A DNA stretch of 64,000 nucleotides, taken from Lepidodermella squamata (lineage: Eukaryota > Animalia > Gastrotricha). A program made the position numbers and the translations under genes. The notes below the pieces were generated by a model, which ran no database searches, was not told where the DNA came from, and saw nothing but the letters and a program-made list of their open reading frames with translations. Below are positions 1 to 11,100 of this stretch, piece after piece (the stretch's first letter is position 1; the number at the start of each line of letters is the position of its first letter). The DNA is taken from positions 2,418,001 to 2,482,000 of the forward strand of contig JBLDXI010000024.1 of NCBI GenBank assembly GCA_047495785.1. The letters run 5' to 3'.

Positions 1-292
1 TTCCTCGAAAGTGATTGATTTTTCACATCAATAATCGATAACCAATTCGATAACCGATTCGAAAGTTTCCACTCTCTACCTCATTTTTTTTTAAATGGCG
101 AGGCAAAGATCATTCGCGAATGGTGTTTCGGCGCCTTGTTTACCTTAAATGCCGCTTCAATATTGTGGAACCTCTCGTACAAAAATCAATTGGACAGCAA
201 CGCCAGACGGATGAGGAAATTGGAGCTGCAGGGTTAGTATCGTGAGTTCTTTAGTACCACAGTTGCTTTGTCGTCTCTCCGAATTCGGACAA

Positions 293-1412
293 ATGGCAAA
301 GGTATTTCTAGCTGTCTTTGCTGTTTTTAACGTTAGTCGTGCATTGGCTGAACTAGCATATGAAAGCAGTATCAAGGATTTCGATCCCACCGCAACTGTT
401 CTGAGCCACTGTAGGATAGCTCCGACGGTCAACTCGCCAACTGAACTAGCCAATAAGACTACTTCTCTCGTACAAGAACGACGCCCTCATCGATTAATCG
501 ACCTTGACGACGTCGGTGAATCTTTCACCATTTACGGGAAACTCACAGTTCTCTACAAAGTGAAATGCATTTTCGATTTGTACAACGGCAGTTTTGCATG
601 GCCAGCGAGCATTCCGTATCTAACGATGGAGGACCATAGACCATAGTAAATACTGGTTCCCACCTTTGCTACATCAAAATTCGGTGGGGAACCCAGCGAT
701 GGTGGAAGGTTTTCATAGGTCTCTTAGAATTACGATGGATAGAGGCTACGTCTCATTTACTTCAGCGGGAAAGTTTACGTCTTATTGCGACATGGAGGTG
801 ACCTATTTCACGTTCGATGTTCGAGCTCGCTCACGACATTAGATACTCCGTAATCAGTAAAGCTAGCTTATATGGTATGCTGGTGATTATTTTAAAGAAG
901 AATTCAGACTGGCTAATATCGAAAAGTTCCACTTCGTTTGGCACATCCAAATTGAACGAATCAAGCTTTGGCGGCTTCAGCTTCGAATTAAAGCGGAAGC
1001 CACAATATTTCCTGATGTACTTATTCGCACCAAATTGCATTCTCAGTCTATTGGTTCTGGCGTCGTTTTTCATCCCGGCTCAAGCTGCCGATCGCCCTGC
1101 TTTAACCTGCACTGCCATGCTTGCGAATTTTGTCCTTCAAGACAACATCCAAGCTAATTTGCCGAAAACCCCCGGCTCTATCGTTGCTGGCATTTTCAGC
1201 TTGTCACAAGCTGCTATTGCTACTGTGTGTGTTCTATGCGAAGCGATCATGTGCGGAATCCTTAATTTGCCCAAAAAAACTACACAATTTTTAACAAAAA
1301 AGTGGCTCGCTATGTGATCATCGACATCTTTATGTTTCAATTCGCTTTCTTCATGTACTTCATCTCGATCGCTGCAGTTATCTTTTTATTGAGGCGACCT
1401 TGGGGCAGTTAA
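293..1412 (+). pseudogene. Cys-loop ligand-gated ion channel subunit (nAChR/5-HT3-like fold), intronless, frameshifted
   Basis: Signal peptide MAKVFLAVFAV, then LIDLDDVGESFTIYG. After removing a 7-bp tandem duplication (GACCATA at 632-638/639-645) the frame continues YWFPPLLHQNS...CDMEVTYFTFDV (W-x-P motif and a damaged Cys loop). ORF 817-1317 gives the pre-M1 and M1-M3 region (FELKRKPQYFLMYLFAP, FFIPAQAADRPAL, LPKT). A further frame gives M4 (RYVIIDIFMFQFAFFMYF) ending at TAA 1410-1412. At least three frame breaks. Confidence 0.8.
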
Positions 1413-1860
1413 ATGCAGGTCATTTATAATTTTTAGTTATTTAGTTTGGCTATACAATTTATTATAAATATTATATTCTATATGTCAACAAGATATAAAT
1501 TTATCAATGGTAGTCTAAAATTGCCTACTTCTTTCGAGCTTTGAATAATTATACCAGTCTTCAAAGGTCTACCTCTGGGTGCTCTGGGTATAGGTAGACC
1601 TCGAACCAGATGGATCAACGGAGTGCATAGAAGCCTAATTAAAGTAGGTCTTACTAAGGAAATTCGCCGGAAAAAGAAAACCAATAATAATAATAAGGTC
1701 GAGCATAAGAAAAATAAAAACACTATAAGAAACGAAAAAATAGGAGAAATCGCGGCGAATTACCCATGTTCAACTAGCGGAATCGGTTTTTTTCGAAAAA
1801 GATGAATGGTTTCCAACTCGATTGAAAATTATGAATTCAATACAAAAAGCAGAATCCTCG

Positions 1861-1979
1861 ACTGCGGGGGTGGGTGAGGATCAGCCTTCGCCTGCCTTCG
1901 CCCTCTTCAAAACCGGAAACGGTATACGACGTTCAGGCCCGAAGAGGAAAAGTAAAATCATTATTATTATTATTATTAT
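1861..1979 (+). repeat. Possible 3' end of a non-LTR retroelement or SINE with (TTA)n tail
   Basis: GC-rich ~100 bp block that ends abruptly in a (TTA)6 microsatellite at about 1961-1978. No coding homology recognised. Confidence 0.3.
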
Positions 1980-2293
1980 GTTTCTTATTTTATAATTACG
2001 TGTCAGGTTTGAGCTTTTTCACGTTAGATTTGACGTGCAGACGTGGCTATAACAGACGGAAAGGTTTTTTTTCGGCAAAACATTCAGGGCAAACAAATTC
2101 ATGACGACGAAAAATTATCATTGGAAGCCCAGTATGGTGAAGCTATAAAAAAAGCGTATCTCAGGGCTAACCTACTTTTACGTGCTCTTTAGAAGCAATC
2201 TGCTGAAACCCTTAAATGTGTATATTATGTTCGCCCTCTGCAATAGAAAAAGTACATGCTTACTTCACCGCAGGCTAAGTGATTTCAGCTAGA

Positions 2294-4397
2294 ATGTGGA
2301 TGCCGAATAGATTCTTCAATCTCGCCTTGCTAGCTGCATGCCTTCTTGCAATGATCGTCGTTTTAGTCCACCTTCAAGATAAAAATAAGGATTGGATTCA
2401 AATGCCGTCCATCTCTTGGCAATTTCCAATTTCCAATGTCAAATGTCCAAGGCAATCCCAAGAACCCTGTGCAAGGCTGCCGAGATTCGAGGCGCGGAAC
2501 GAGACGTGGAAAATTCCCAGAATTTTGCACCAGTCGTGGAAAAACGAGACCCTGCCCGATCTCTACGCAAGGTTCCGCCAGACATGGCTCGACATGCACC
2601 CCGACTGGCAGCACCACCTGTGGACGGACGAGGAGAACCGGTTGTTGGTCCAGTGCCACTACCTGTGGCTCCTCCCCTACTACGACGCGTTCCCGGTCGG
2701 AGTAGAACGGGCTGATATCAGCCGGTTGTTGTACGTGCACCACTATGGCGGAATTTACGCCGATCTGGACACGGAGCCGATGAAAACGATGGACTCGCTA
2801 TTTAGCATATATTCAAATGAAAGCGTCATTTTGAGTAAGCCAATATTTTTTACAAAATTTTAGAAAGCTTTTAGAAAAATTCAAACAATAACGAGAACAT
2901 CAACCAAGTCTGTCACTTGTCTGGAGATTTTTTTCCTACCGGGTACCATTCCGAAAATTACCGAACCCTGGGTTTTCCGCATTTTCGCTTTTAAACGTTT
3001 TATTTCTTCGGTTATATTGCTGTACAGTGGACTTTTGTTATAACGAACCTGTGATATAACGAACTTTTGATATAACGAACTTTTGATATAACGAACCAAA
3101 TTTGCTGGCTCGTTCCGAAATAGGCCTTTTTACATGTAAACAAATTTTGATATAACGAACTTCTTATAACGAACTTTTCTCTATAACGAACGGTTCCAGA
3201 TGGCTCGTCACGCTGATGACTCATGTTATTTACCTTATTTATAACGAACCTATGATGCCAGCCTTTGCAGATGAAGAAAAAACTTAGCATAATCGCGAAA
3301 GTCGACGTCGACAAATGGAAAAATAGAAAACAATCCGCAGCTTTCTTATTAGTAAAAACATTGATGATTCAATGTTTAATGACATCGAGACAACCGCTTT
3401 ATTGAGTTCTCATTCTCGCCAAACTAGCATACTAGACTATTTTGAGTCAAATTGCGAATAAAAGTTTTGACATTTGTTGTAGCGAACTTTCTTTATAACG
3501 AACCTTTTTGGCTGGCACGGTGGTGGTTCGTTATAACAAAAGTCCACTGTATTTTCTCTCGGTAGGTTTAATTTGAAAAAGTTAGTTGAATTTCCCATAC
3601 AAAAAGTCGCCAAATTTAAAAACACTTGCTCAACTTCTGAGACACGCCGTAGCTACCTTGTATCTGCAGGTATTTAAGGTTATTGTTTACTTTGACTTCT
3701 GGTTAAATCGCTGATTTCTGGTTAGATTAGTAAAATCGATATCGGCCCTCGTCAATGAGTGTAGGTTGTTTAAAAATTCAAGCTTCGAATCTTTCGAAAA
3801 GTGAACAATTTCCGATTTTCTATTGCCAGGTTACATGACAACAAATTACCATACGGAAGACAACGTACAGGCAGCTTGGATGGCTTCGGTACCCGGGCAC
3901 CAAATCTGGCTTCTCACTGTACTAAAAAGTACTCTACTAAGTCAGAAATTGCCGAGATCCGTACGGTATATAAAAGAAAGTTAAATTGCGTAAAACTCTG
4001 CAATACTTTGGAACTTTTCAGTCCTGATTATGTCACTGGACCAGCTGTTCTTTGGGTGGCGCTGGACGACTATTGGCGGCTGTGGAGGTCAAAACACAGT
4101 GACGCGAGCATAGGCAGTTATAGCGCTGCGAAAGGGCCTAGGCAGATTCGAGATATTTACATTCTAGAACCTGGCTTGATATTTCCGTACCCGTCTTACG
4201 ATGCCTACGAGCCGATAGGCATAATTTGCGATCCTCACAAAACGACGTTCGATCCAGCGGCGTGCAAGGCGAGTTTCCCAGATGCCTACGCCATTCAATA
4301 CGCCGGCTATTCGTGGGAAAAAGACTGGGATGGTTACCTTAAGGCTGCCGGATTTGACGGGGAGATCGGTTTTAAAGAGTTGAAAGACGATTATTAG
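2294..4397 (+). CDS. Glycosyltransferase family 32 (DxD; MIPC synthase/SUR1-like), type II membrane protein, copy 1; exons 2294-2834, 3830-3965, 4022-4397
   Basis: N-terminal TM anchor; motifs IPRILHQSWK, HPDW..LWTD, ERADISR, YGGIYADLD, AWMASVPGHQIW and PDYVTGP. The GT-AG splice sites join in frame. Confidence 0.9.
2868..3649. mobile_element. Older, left-truncated mariner-type MITE (same family as 24904-25259), interrupted by the 3025-3549 MITE
   Basis: The flanks on both sides of the inner MITE align with the 24904-25259 element: the CCGAAAATTACCGAACC core at ~2951 and the right end CAACTTCTGAGACACGCCG-TA at 3631-3651. Confidence 0.7.
3025..3549. mobile_element. Tc1/mariner-pogo-type MITE in intron 1 of GT32 copy 1
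   Basis: Perfect 25-bp TIRs CAGTGGACTTTTGTTATAACGAACC (3025-3049 and reverse complement 3525-3549), TA on both sides (3023-24, 3550-51), and internal TATAACGAAC subterminal repeats. Confidence 0.92.
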
Positions 4398-5359
4398 TAT
4401 ATTCCAACAATTATTGAAAGACGAGGAACGTCTAGGAAATATATATGAAAGCTTAACAATTTGATATATTTGATATTGGTTGCAACTGGAAGAAATAAAG
4501 GGCAGAAACATATTTTTTGAAGGTTAGTTAGATTCTGAGTTGTCATAAGAATTATTATTTCTGATTCCCCTGTAAATTAAGGAAAGTTTTTTTCCAATTC
4601 AAATTAGACGCAATTTTACAGTTCAGCAATCAACAAAACCTCAGAATTTTCCCTACTAAACATCGAAAAATGCATTTTCTTTGCGAATATTTCTGCTTGT
4701 TCCAACGAGACCATCTTGAAGCTAACCGCACTCTTCATCTATCAATTGCTGAAAATCATCGAAAAATTTCCCAGGATTGCTGAGAAATAGTTAATATCGT
4801 GGCAGAAAGTATAGCAAATTATGCACAACTTGTTGATTTTCCGCGATTCAAAATCTGTTCGGTACTTGGTTTGGTCATCCTTGTATAACTCGGAAAATTA
4901 GCGGCTAATTTTGGGCACTCATTTGCAAGTACATTTATGCAAAGGCTTCGCCCGCTTTGGGACATTCTCAGTCGCAGGCTGTCCTAATCAATCCTAATAC
5001 TAATATTTTCTTGTATTTCATCTTAGACACCCTGCTAAAACTAATTGTTCGATTATTTTCTTACTTAGATTGCAGAGAAAGAATTGCTTAGGGAATGTCT
5101 ATGCCCAATGTCAAGGAAGAATCTTTATTTATCCCAGATCTACATCTAAAATTTCATAGCGTTATTTTGAATCGGCTATTTTTCAGAATACCTGTGTTTT
5201 TAAGCCATTCAAAAGCTATGACTAAATCAGCAGGAATTTTCGGAGATAGCTCGAAATAATTGAATGCTTTTGACAAATTTCCAACAGCGAAGCTGCCGCA
5301 GTATTTATAGAAAATATTTTTTGGAATTTACCATAATATTGTACCACGATATAGCCCTC

Positions 5360-5455
5360 GGTGCTAAGATAATTCACTTTTATTTTTTTAGTATAATTGG
5401 CGCAGCATCAGCAAGTCGTGTTATACGATAACGCAAAGATAAGCCTATCAACAAC
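5360..5455 (+). promoter_or_regulatory. Cluster of GATA-type sites upstream of the SDR gene
   Basis: AGATAA (~5367), CGATAA (~5427), AGATAAG (~5437) and CTATCA (~5445), all within 200 bp of the ATG. Confidence 0.35.
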
Positions 5456-5543
5456 CACCAATGTCAAATATCAAAAGCTAATGCGTAGTTAGCAGTAAAA
5501 TCTCCTCATATCGTAGATATATACCTCATTCACTGAGAGAGAA

Positions 5544-6464
5544 ATGGACTTTTTCACAGCCATCGGCTTGTTGGTCTTTGCCTACTACGCCTTCGAAGCA
5601 ATTCGAAGAGTTCGCCGATTCTTCGTGGGACATTTCGCTGGTTCGACCGTCGATTTCACGCAAGTCGGCTCCGTCGTGATCACAGGCGCTTCAGATGGCA
5701 TCGGCAAGGCCTACGCCATCGAACTGGCCCGACTCGGCGTGAAACGGCTCATTCTTGTCGGGCGAAATCTCGAGAAACTGGACGCCGTTGGCGAGGAAAT
5801 AAAGGCGCTATACAGCAAAGTTCAAATCCTAACCGTGCGCGCCAACTACGAAGACACGGACATGTACGACAGGATTGAGGACGAGTTGAAAAACGTCCAT
5901 GACATCGATATGCTAGTCAATAACGTTGGCGCGGCTATTAACGCGCAAAAAATGCTGCACGACATGTCACGTGACTCGTGCTTGAAGTCAATCAACATCA
6001 ACGCGACGTCGACTGTGTTGATGAGTCATATTATTATAGGCAAAATGCTAGCGGATAAACGGCCGAATCCGGTTGTCATCAACATAGGCTCGGTCTCGGC
6101 CCATTTTCCGCCCTATATGCTGCTGTACGCGAGTGTCAAGACGTTCGTGGCTCGTTTCACCGAGGGCCTTCGGCTCCAGTATCCTAATATCACTGTTCAG
6201 TTGGTTGAGCCGTTTTTCGTCTATACTAAGATGGCGCTCTATCCGAAGGGCATGTGGGTGGTCACGGCGGAGACTTGTGCCCGGGAGTCACTGCAGACGT
6301 TGGGTAGGCTCGAGCGCACTCACGGTGCGGTGAAGCATGACATTCAAGGCGGAATATACACGAATCTTCCGTTATTCATGATCCATTATTTCCAGAATAG
6401 AGTGGCGCAACGAGCGAGACGCCTGGCAGCTGAGCAGCGTGGCCAAGCTCAAAAGAAAGAATAA
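5544..6464 (+). CDS. Short-chain dehydrogenase/reductase, HSD17B12/very-long-chain 3-oxoacyl-CoA reductase-like, intronless
   Basis: N-terminal TM; VITGASDGIGKAYAIELA (TGxxxGxG), LVNNVG, NIGS and YASVK (YxxxK); AATAAA downstream. Confidence 0.88.
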   Translation: MDFFTAIGLLVFAYYAFEAIRRVRRFFVGHFAGSTVDFTQVGSVVITGASDGIGKAYAIELARLGVKRLILVGRNLEKLDAVGEEIKALYSKVQILTVRANYEDTDMYDRIEDELKNVHDIDMLVNNVGAAINAQKMLHDMSRDSCLKSININATSTVLMSHIIIGKMLADKRPNPVVINIGSVSAHFPPYMLLYASVKTFVARFTEGLRLQYPNITVQLVEPFFVYTKMALYPKGMWVVTAETCARESLQTLGRLERTHGAVKHDIQGGIYTNLPLFMIHYFQNRVAQRARRLAAEQRGQAQKKE

Positions 6465-7420
6465 AACAATTTCGGCCATGAAAGTTTCAAATCAGGGGAT
6501 TTTTGAGTTCGATATCAATAAATGTTGAAAATAAAATTTGTAGCTACGCAATTAATTTCGAATAAATTAAAGAGAAAATGATCTATGTTACTTTGTTTTG
6601 TATGTTTTCAAGCAGAAACGTGTCACAAATCTGGTCAAGGATTGAACATGAGGAAAATTGCATTTGGGACATTGCTTATAATCGCTAATGTGTGGGTATT
6701 ATTCGTTTTGTTAAGAACATTTCTCTTGCCTTTTTTTCGAAAGGTTGAATTAGCCGTAAAATGAAAATGAAAATGAAAATGAAAAAGATTTTTTTGGAAA
6801 ATTTCTTGGAACCGGCCAATCTTAGCTGAGGTAAAACGATCTGGCCTGTTTTGCTGTGAAAAACCGCAACTGAGCTTCCTGAGCTTCCTGACCTTTCTGA
6901 AAGGTTCCACTCACTCATAAATTCAATTATTTGAAAGTATGAGGTGTAGTATGAGCCTTACTAAGCGTAGATTATTTTGAGCAATTCGATTGACTATTCA
7001 AGTCCGAATTTACTGAACCTTTTTTATTACACTAATACCTTCAGTATATAGTCTCAGGTAATTAGCTTTTAAACTTTCAAGACCTCTGCTATGGAAAAAA
7101 TTGGAATATCTTTTAGCGGCAACAAATTTACGGTGAGCGGAACCTATTTCGCTGTAGCGGAACCACACTCGAAATATGCAGGGAGCCATTATTTTATAAT
7201 TTTACGAACTTTAGGCGAATCATGAGTTCTGAATTGAACGTTCTGTCTTATAGAGAAAAAATGACCAACATTCAAAATTATAGCTGGAACCATTTGCCTA
7301 AATATAGAATTTCCAGACCCCAATTATTTCTGTATTTATTGGCTAAATAATCTTTATTCGACGCGATCAAATAAATAATTTTAATAAATAGGTAAGACAA
7401 CTTATATTAGAAACGTTCAT

Positions 7421-10243
7421 TCAAATTGTAACATAGCTTCGAATCCAGCTCAAAACCTGGCAAACATCGCCGTACATGCCCGGAAATCGCGGCTCAGCAC
7501 AGCCGACCCCAGTAGACGTAACGCCCTGAAGCGTGAAATAGCCATTCTTGTAGCAAACCAGCGGCCCGCCCGAGTCACCCTGGCACGTATCAACACCGCC
7601 AAATCCATCAAAACCAGCACAAAACGCCTTCAAATCAGCCAGTAAATTTCCCTCGGTTAAATTGTACCGTCTATCACACTGTTCCGCTTGAATGATTTTC
7701 ACGCCAGCTTTCAGTAACCGAGACGCCCCGGGTCCACCCGCGCTTGTTGTCCCAAACCCGGAAATAATAGCCGACTCGCCGGTTTTGCAGGTATCGCTGC
7801 AATCTTTCGGTAAACAAACTGGTTGAATTTGCCAGGAATTAAGAGGCACGGGTTCGGCAACTTCGAGAAGGCAAAAATCGTTGAAAAGTGTCGGAACTAT
7901 ATTGCTTCGCATGAATCCTTCGAAAGTAATAGATCGGGTCGCATTTCGTACGATTTTATACTGATTGATAGTAGCCTGCAAACTGCCCTGCCAACCAGCA
8001 TTTCCGCCATAAAATATCCAGATATTTCTAAAAAAAATTAAAAAATCACGAAAAATTTAAAAATTAATTAAAAACTTGCAATGGCTGGAAAAACGGGTTA
8101 CAACAATGGCCACTTTAAAAAAATTAAGTTGGATTATTTTTCGAAAATTCCAATTTTTAAACTTGCGCTGTTAACACCCAAGAGTCAGATAGGACCGAAC
8201 CTCCACATCTCGCGCCTAGACCTTCCGGGGTTGCTTGAAAAATAATCAAAACCTGCCACGGAAATTCATTCTGGCGAGCCTCAGTGCCGCCGACAATTTG
8301 CAAATTATCCGCCAAATTTTCGCCCGAATTCCAGTAACGGCTATGGCCACATGCGCCGTATGGGCTAGGTTGGGGCGTGATGTTCGTGTAGGGTGTTGTA
8401 GTTTGGGATGAGGCCGGAATTAGGCCGGCGTTTCGAAGTGACGGTTGACCAGCCCAATGGGCGTTAACTTCAAGCCGAGTTAGGGAAAAATCGCAAACTA
8501 GAACTTCGTCGATGAGACCGATGAAATCTTTATAAGTTGGATCACTGCCTACAACGTAGGGGCAGTGCGATATCGATACTGAACCATTGATCGGCAATGC
8601 AGCCACTAAAACCTGAAATAAATTCGATTTTTTTTTCGAATTTTTTTAGGTTGAAAATGAATTTACGTTGTTGCTGTAAACATTGAGGCTGTTATTCCCG
8701 AGAACTAGGCAGACTTGAGTGAATCCTTCCGCGGTATTGCCACCCGGGAATAGGAAATTCGAGAAGTTGAGTTGAGCCGCTGGGGTCATTAGGCTGAGTA
8801 GGAAATCGAAAAAAACCGGCGGCCGAGTTGCGATGATCACTGAATGATCGCTAGCTTCAGGGTCGTTATTATTCGATAGCAAACCGCCGGTTTCATTACA
8901 ATTTTGGCACCTGAATAAAAATTCAAAATGTCCCAAATTAAATGATGAAATTCGATCCCTGAAATATTAAAAAAATTCAATTATTTATCGATGAAACTTG
9001 ATGTAAACCGGAAAATCCGGGAAAATACCGATAATTACCGAACCCGTTTCCAGCGGTTTTTCCCGGTTTCTCCGACAAATTTTAATTTTTTTTCGATGAA
9101 ATCTCGAATAATGAATTCGGAATAATTTTTGTTGGTAGCTTCAATTTCGAAAGAATTGCAAAATACGCTATTTTTTAATTCGAAATCGAAATTTAACTTT
9201 CGAATTCAAATTTTCAAAATAAATCTCAACAAAATTTCAAAAAATCTTTGGAAAATTTTAAATTATCCTACGAACTTATAATAGAGGCACCACGATGCCT
9301 CTCGACCCAAATCCATGTTCTTGAGACCCGGAATTTCAACCCTGCCATGGTTGACCCGCAGAGACCCAGGACCACGTGCCGAAGTCTCCCGATCTATACT
9401 CGCATTTCCGTAAGAAAACGCCGTAAATTTCGACATCGACTGGTCTTGGATATCGTCATCAAACGGCAAATAAAGCAAGCACTGGCGGCTGGGTTTCGAG
9501 GTTGTAGGCGGTAGGATCGTGGCCGGGAATTCGCATTGACAAGTCGTGACATCAAATTCCGTACCATCCGCGCATTTCATGGTTGAATTAATCGATGACC
9601 CAGTTGCTAAGATGAAATAATTCGGGAAGCCAGGTATCTCCCCTAACACGTTGTTGTAACGATCCCGACAAAATGTATCATTTAACATAACCGGGGCTGA
9701 AGTTGTCGCTGGGTTCGAATTCGGAACCGAGCTCTGTTGTAGGCATTTATCTGAGCATGAATCATCGAATTCGCAACTACAGTCCGCCTGGTTGAACCGG
9801 GTTTCAGGCGGGCAGCAGAATTGGTAACTCGCGAAGTTGGAACACTTGTAAAAAGTTGCGCAATTGCCGTCCGGTGAAGCGTAGCAGCCATTTTCCGGGG
9901 CTAAATCAGCGTCTCGACACAAGTCCTGACAGGGTTGCTTCGGGTTCTCAGGCATGCATTGTAGGATTGCGTTGTTCCAAAACAGCCCCGGGGCACATTT
10001 TCGTAAAATTCCGAACGCTGTTGTTGAGTTCTGGTAGAAGCATTGGTAATATTGGTGGCAGTCGACCGGATCGGCGTACATGTCCAGCCGGTTTCGGCTG
10101 GTGTAACATCGGAAGCAGAAATCGTTCGGATTTACCGATGAAACTACGAGACTACTGCTATCAGCCACCAGGCTAAGTAAAATTAAAGCTCCATTTATTA
10201 GATTATAAGCTGCCATCTTCAATAAAATAATCTTGGCCAACAT
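7421..10243 (-). CDS. Modular serine protease copy 1: signal peptide - CBM14/peritrophin-A Cys-rich repeats - LamG/ConA-like - trypsin; exons 10243-9276, 8910-8667, 8612-8167, 8112-8080, 8027-7421
   Basis: CBM14 motifs YADPVDCHQYYQC...CAPGLFWN and CATFYKC..CCPPETRFNQADCSC; LamG start LYLPFDDDIQD and end FIGLIDEVLV; IVGG, CGGSVL, spliced WVLTAGHCC, NDFCLL and GDSGGP. The true start could be the second ATG at 10216. Confidence 0.9.
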
Positions 10244-11100
10244 TGAGATCGCGCGAATTGTATTATGATTGCGAAGGATTTGGTCACTATTCTAATTAGG
10301 ACCGCTTTTCATGAATAAATTCGCGGTTCATTCCAACTGGGTTAAAATTTAGAAGCCATAAAGCGTCATTTTCACGCAATTTCAATAGCTAATTTTTTCA
10401 TAATTTTTCATTAAAATTCACTTAATAAATTTCATTCGCTTTAAGGCGGGTCAATTTTTTGAGAAAATCTTTTTTTTGCTTTCCCTATTGACATGCGCTA
10501 TTTCGATAGAGAAGAAATTTTGGAGCAAGAATTCGAAAATTCCATATTTTTATCATTCACGCTTAAACGGAGAAATTCCAATGTCAAGTTGGTCACGTGA
10601 CCTGGTCACGTACCTGGTGTCACACCTGAGCGGTTATCTCGAGAAGGGTGATAGCTAAGAAGCCGCTCTCAAAGAAAAAGTTCATCAACGTGGTGCGATT
10701 TACATAGATATGCATCCTGTATATTGGTCGCAGATGATATTTCTTGCAAAATCGATTTGATTACACTTTAGTGCAGTTTGGTGACAGTCCGATGAAACAG
10801 GTCCTAGCTCATCCCCAAGCCGTTTTAACCGAATTTATAAGATTTAACAGGGCGGAGATCTGACAGTTTGACACCTTGGGGTTGTAGTCACCCTATAGGA
10901 TTTCATCTCGAAATGAGGGCAAATTTCTAATTGGACAGCGATTGAATTGAATGTATAGTTATATAGCCACCTAATAACTTAAATGTATCTGCGTTTCTCT
11001 CAATGAATGAGGGATGTCCCTTTGTTATCTTATCTAAAATCATTGGTGACGGAATTATAACCTACCCGTAGTAATAATATACGATTTTTATCACTTTCAA

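Noticed and set aside
1565-1601. 10-bp hairpin AGGTCTACCT/AGGTAGACCT as a terminator or Helitron end
   Set aside because: Too short and isolated; no supporting element boundaries.
2363-2743. Several overlapping ORFs on both strands (also 22421-22903, 27109-27493 and 32351-32698)
   Set aside because: By-products of GC-rich codon usage in the real genes; they contain no recognisable motifs.
3040-3250. Repeated TATAACGAAC units resembling a CRISPR array
   Set aside because: The units are ~10 bp with irregular short spacing, lie inside a TA-flanked TIR element in a spliceosomal intron, and there are no cas genes.
6759-6785. (AAAATG)n run
   Set aside because: Short simple repeat in intergenic DNA with no evident function.
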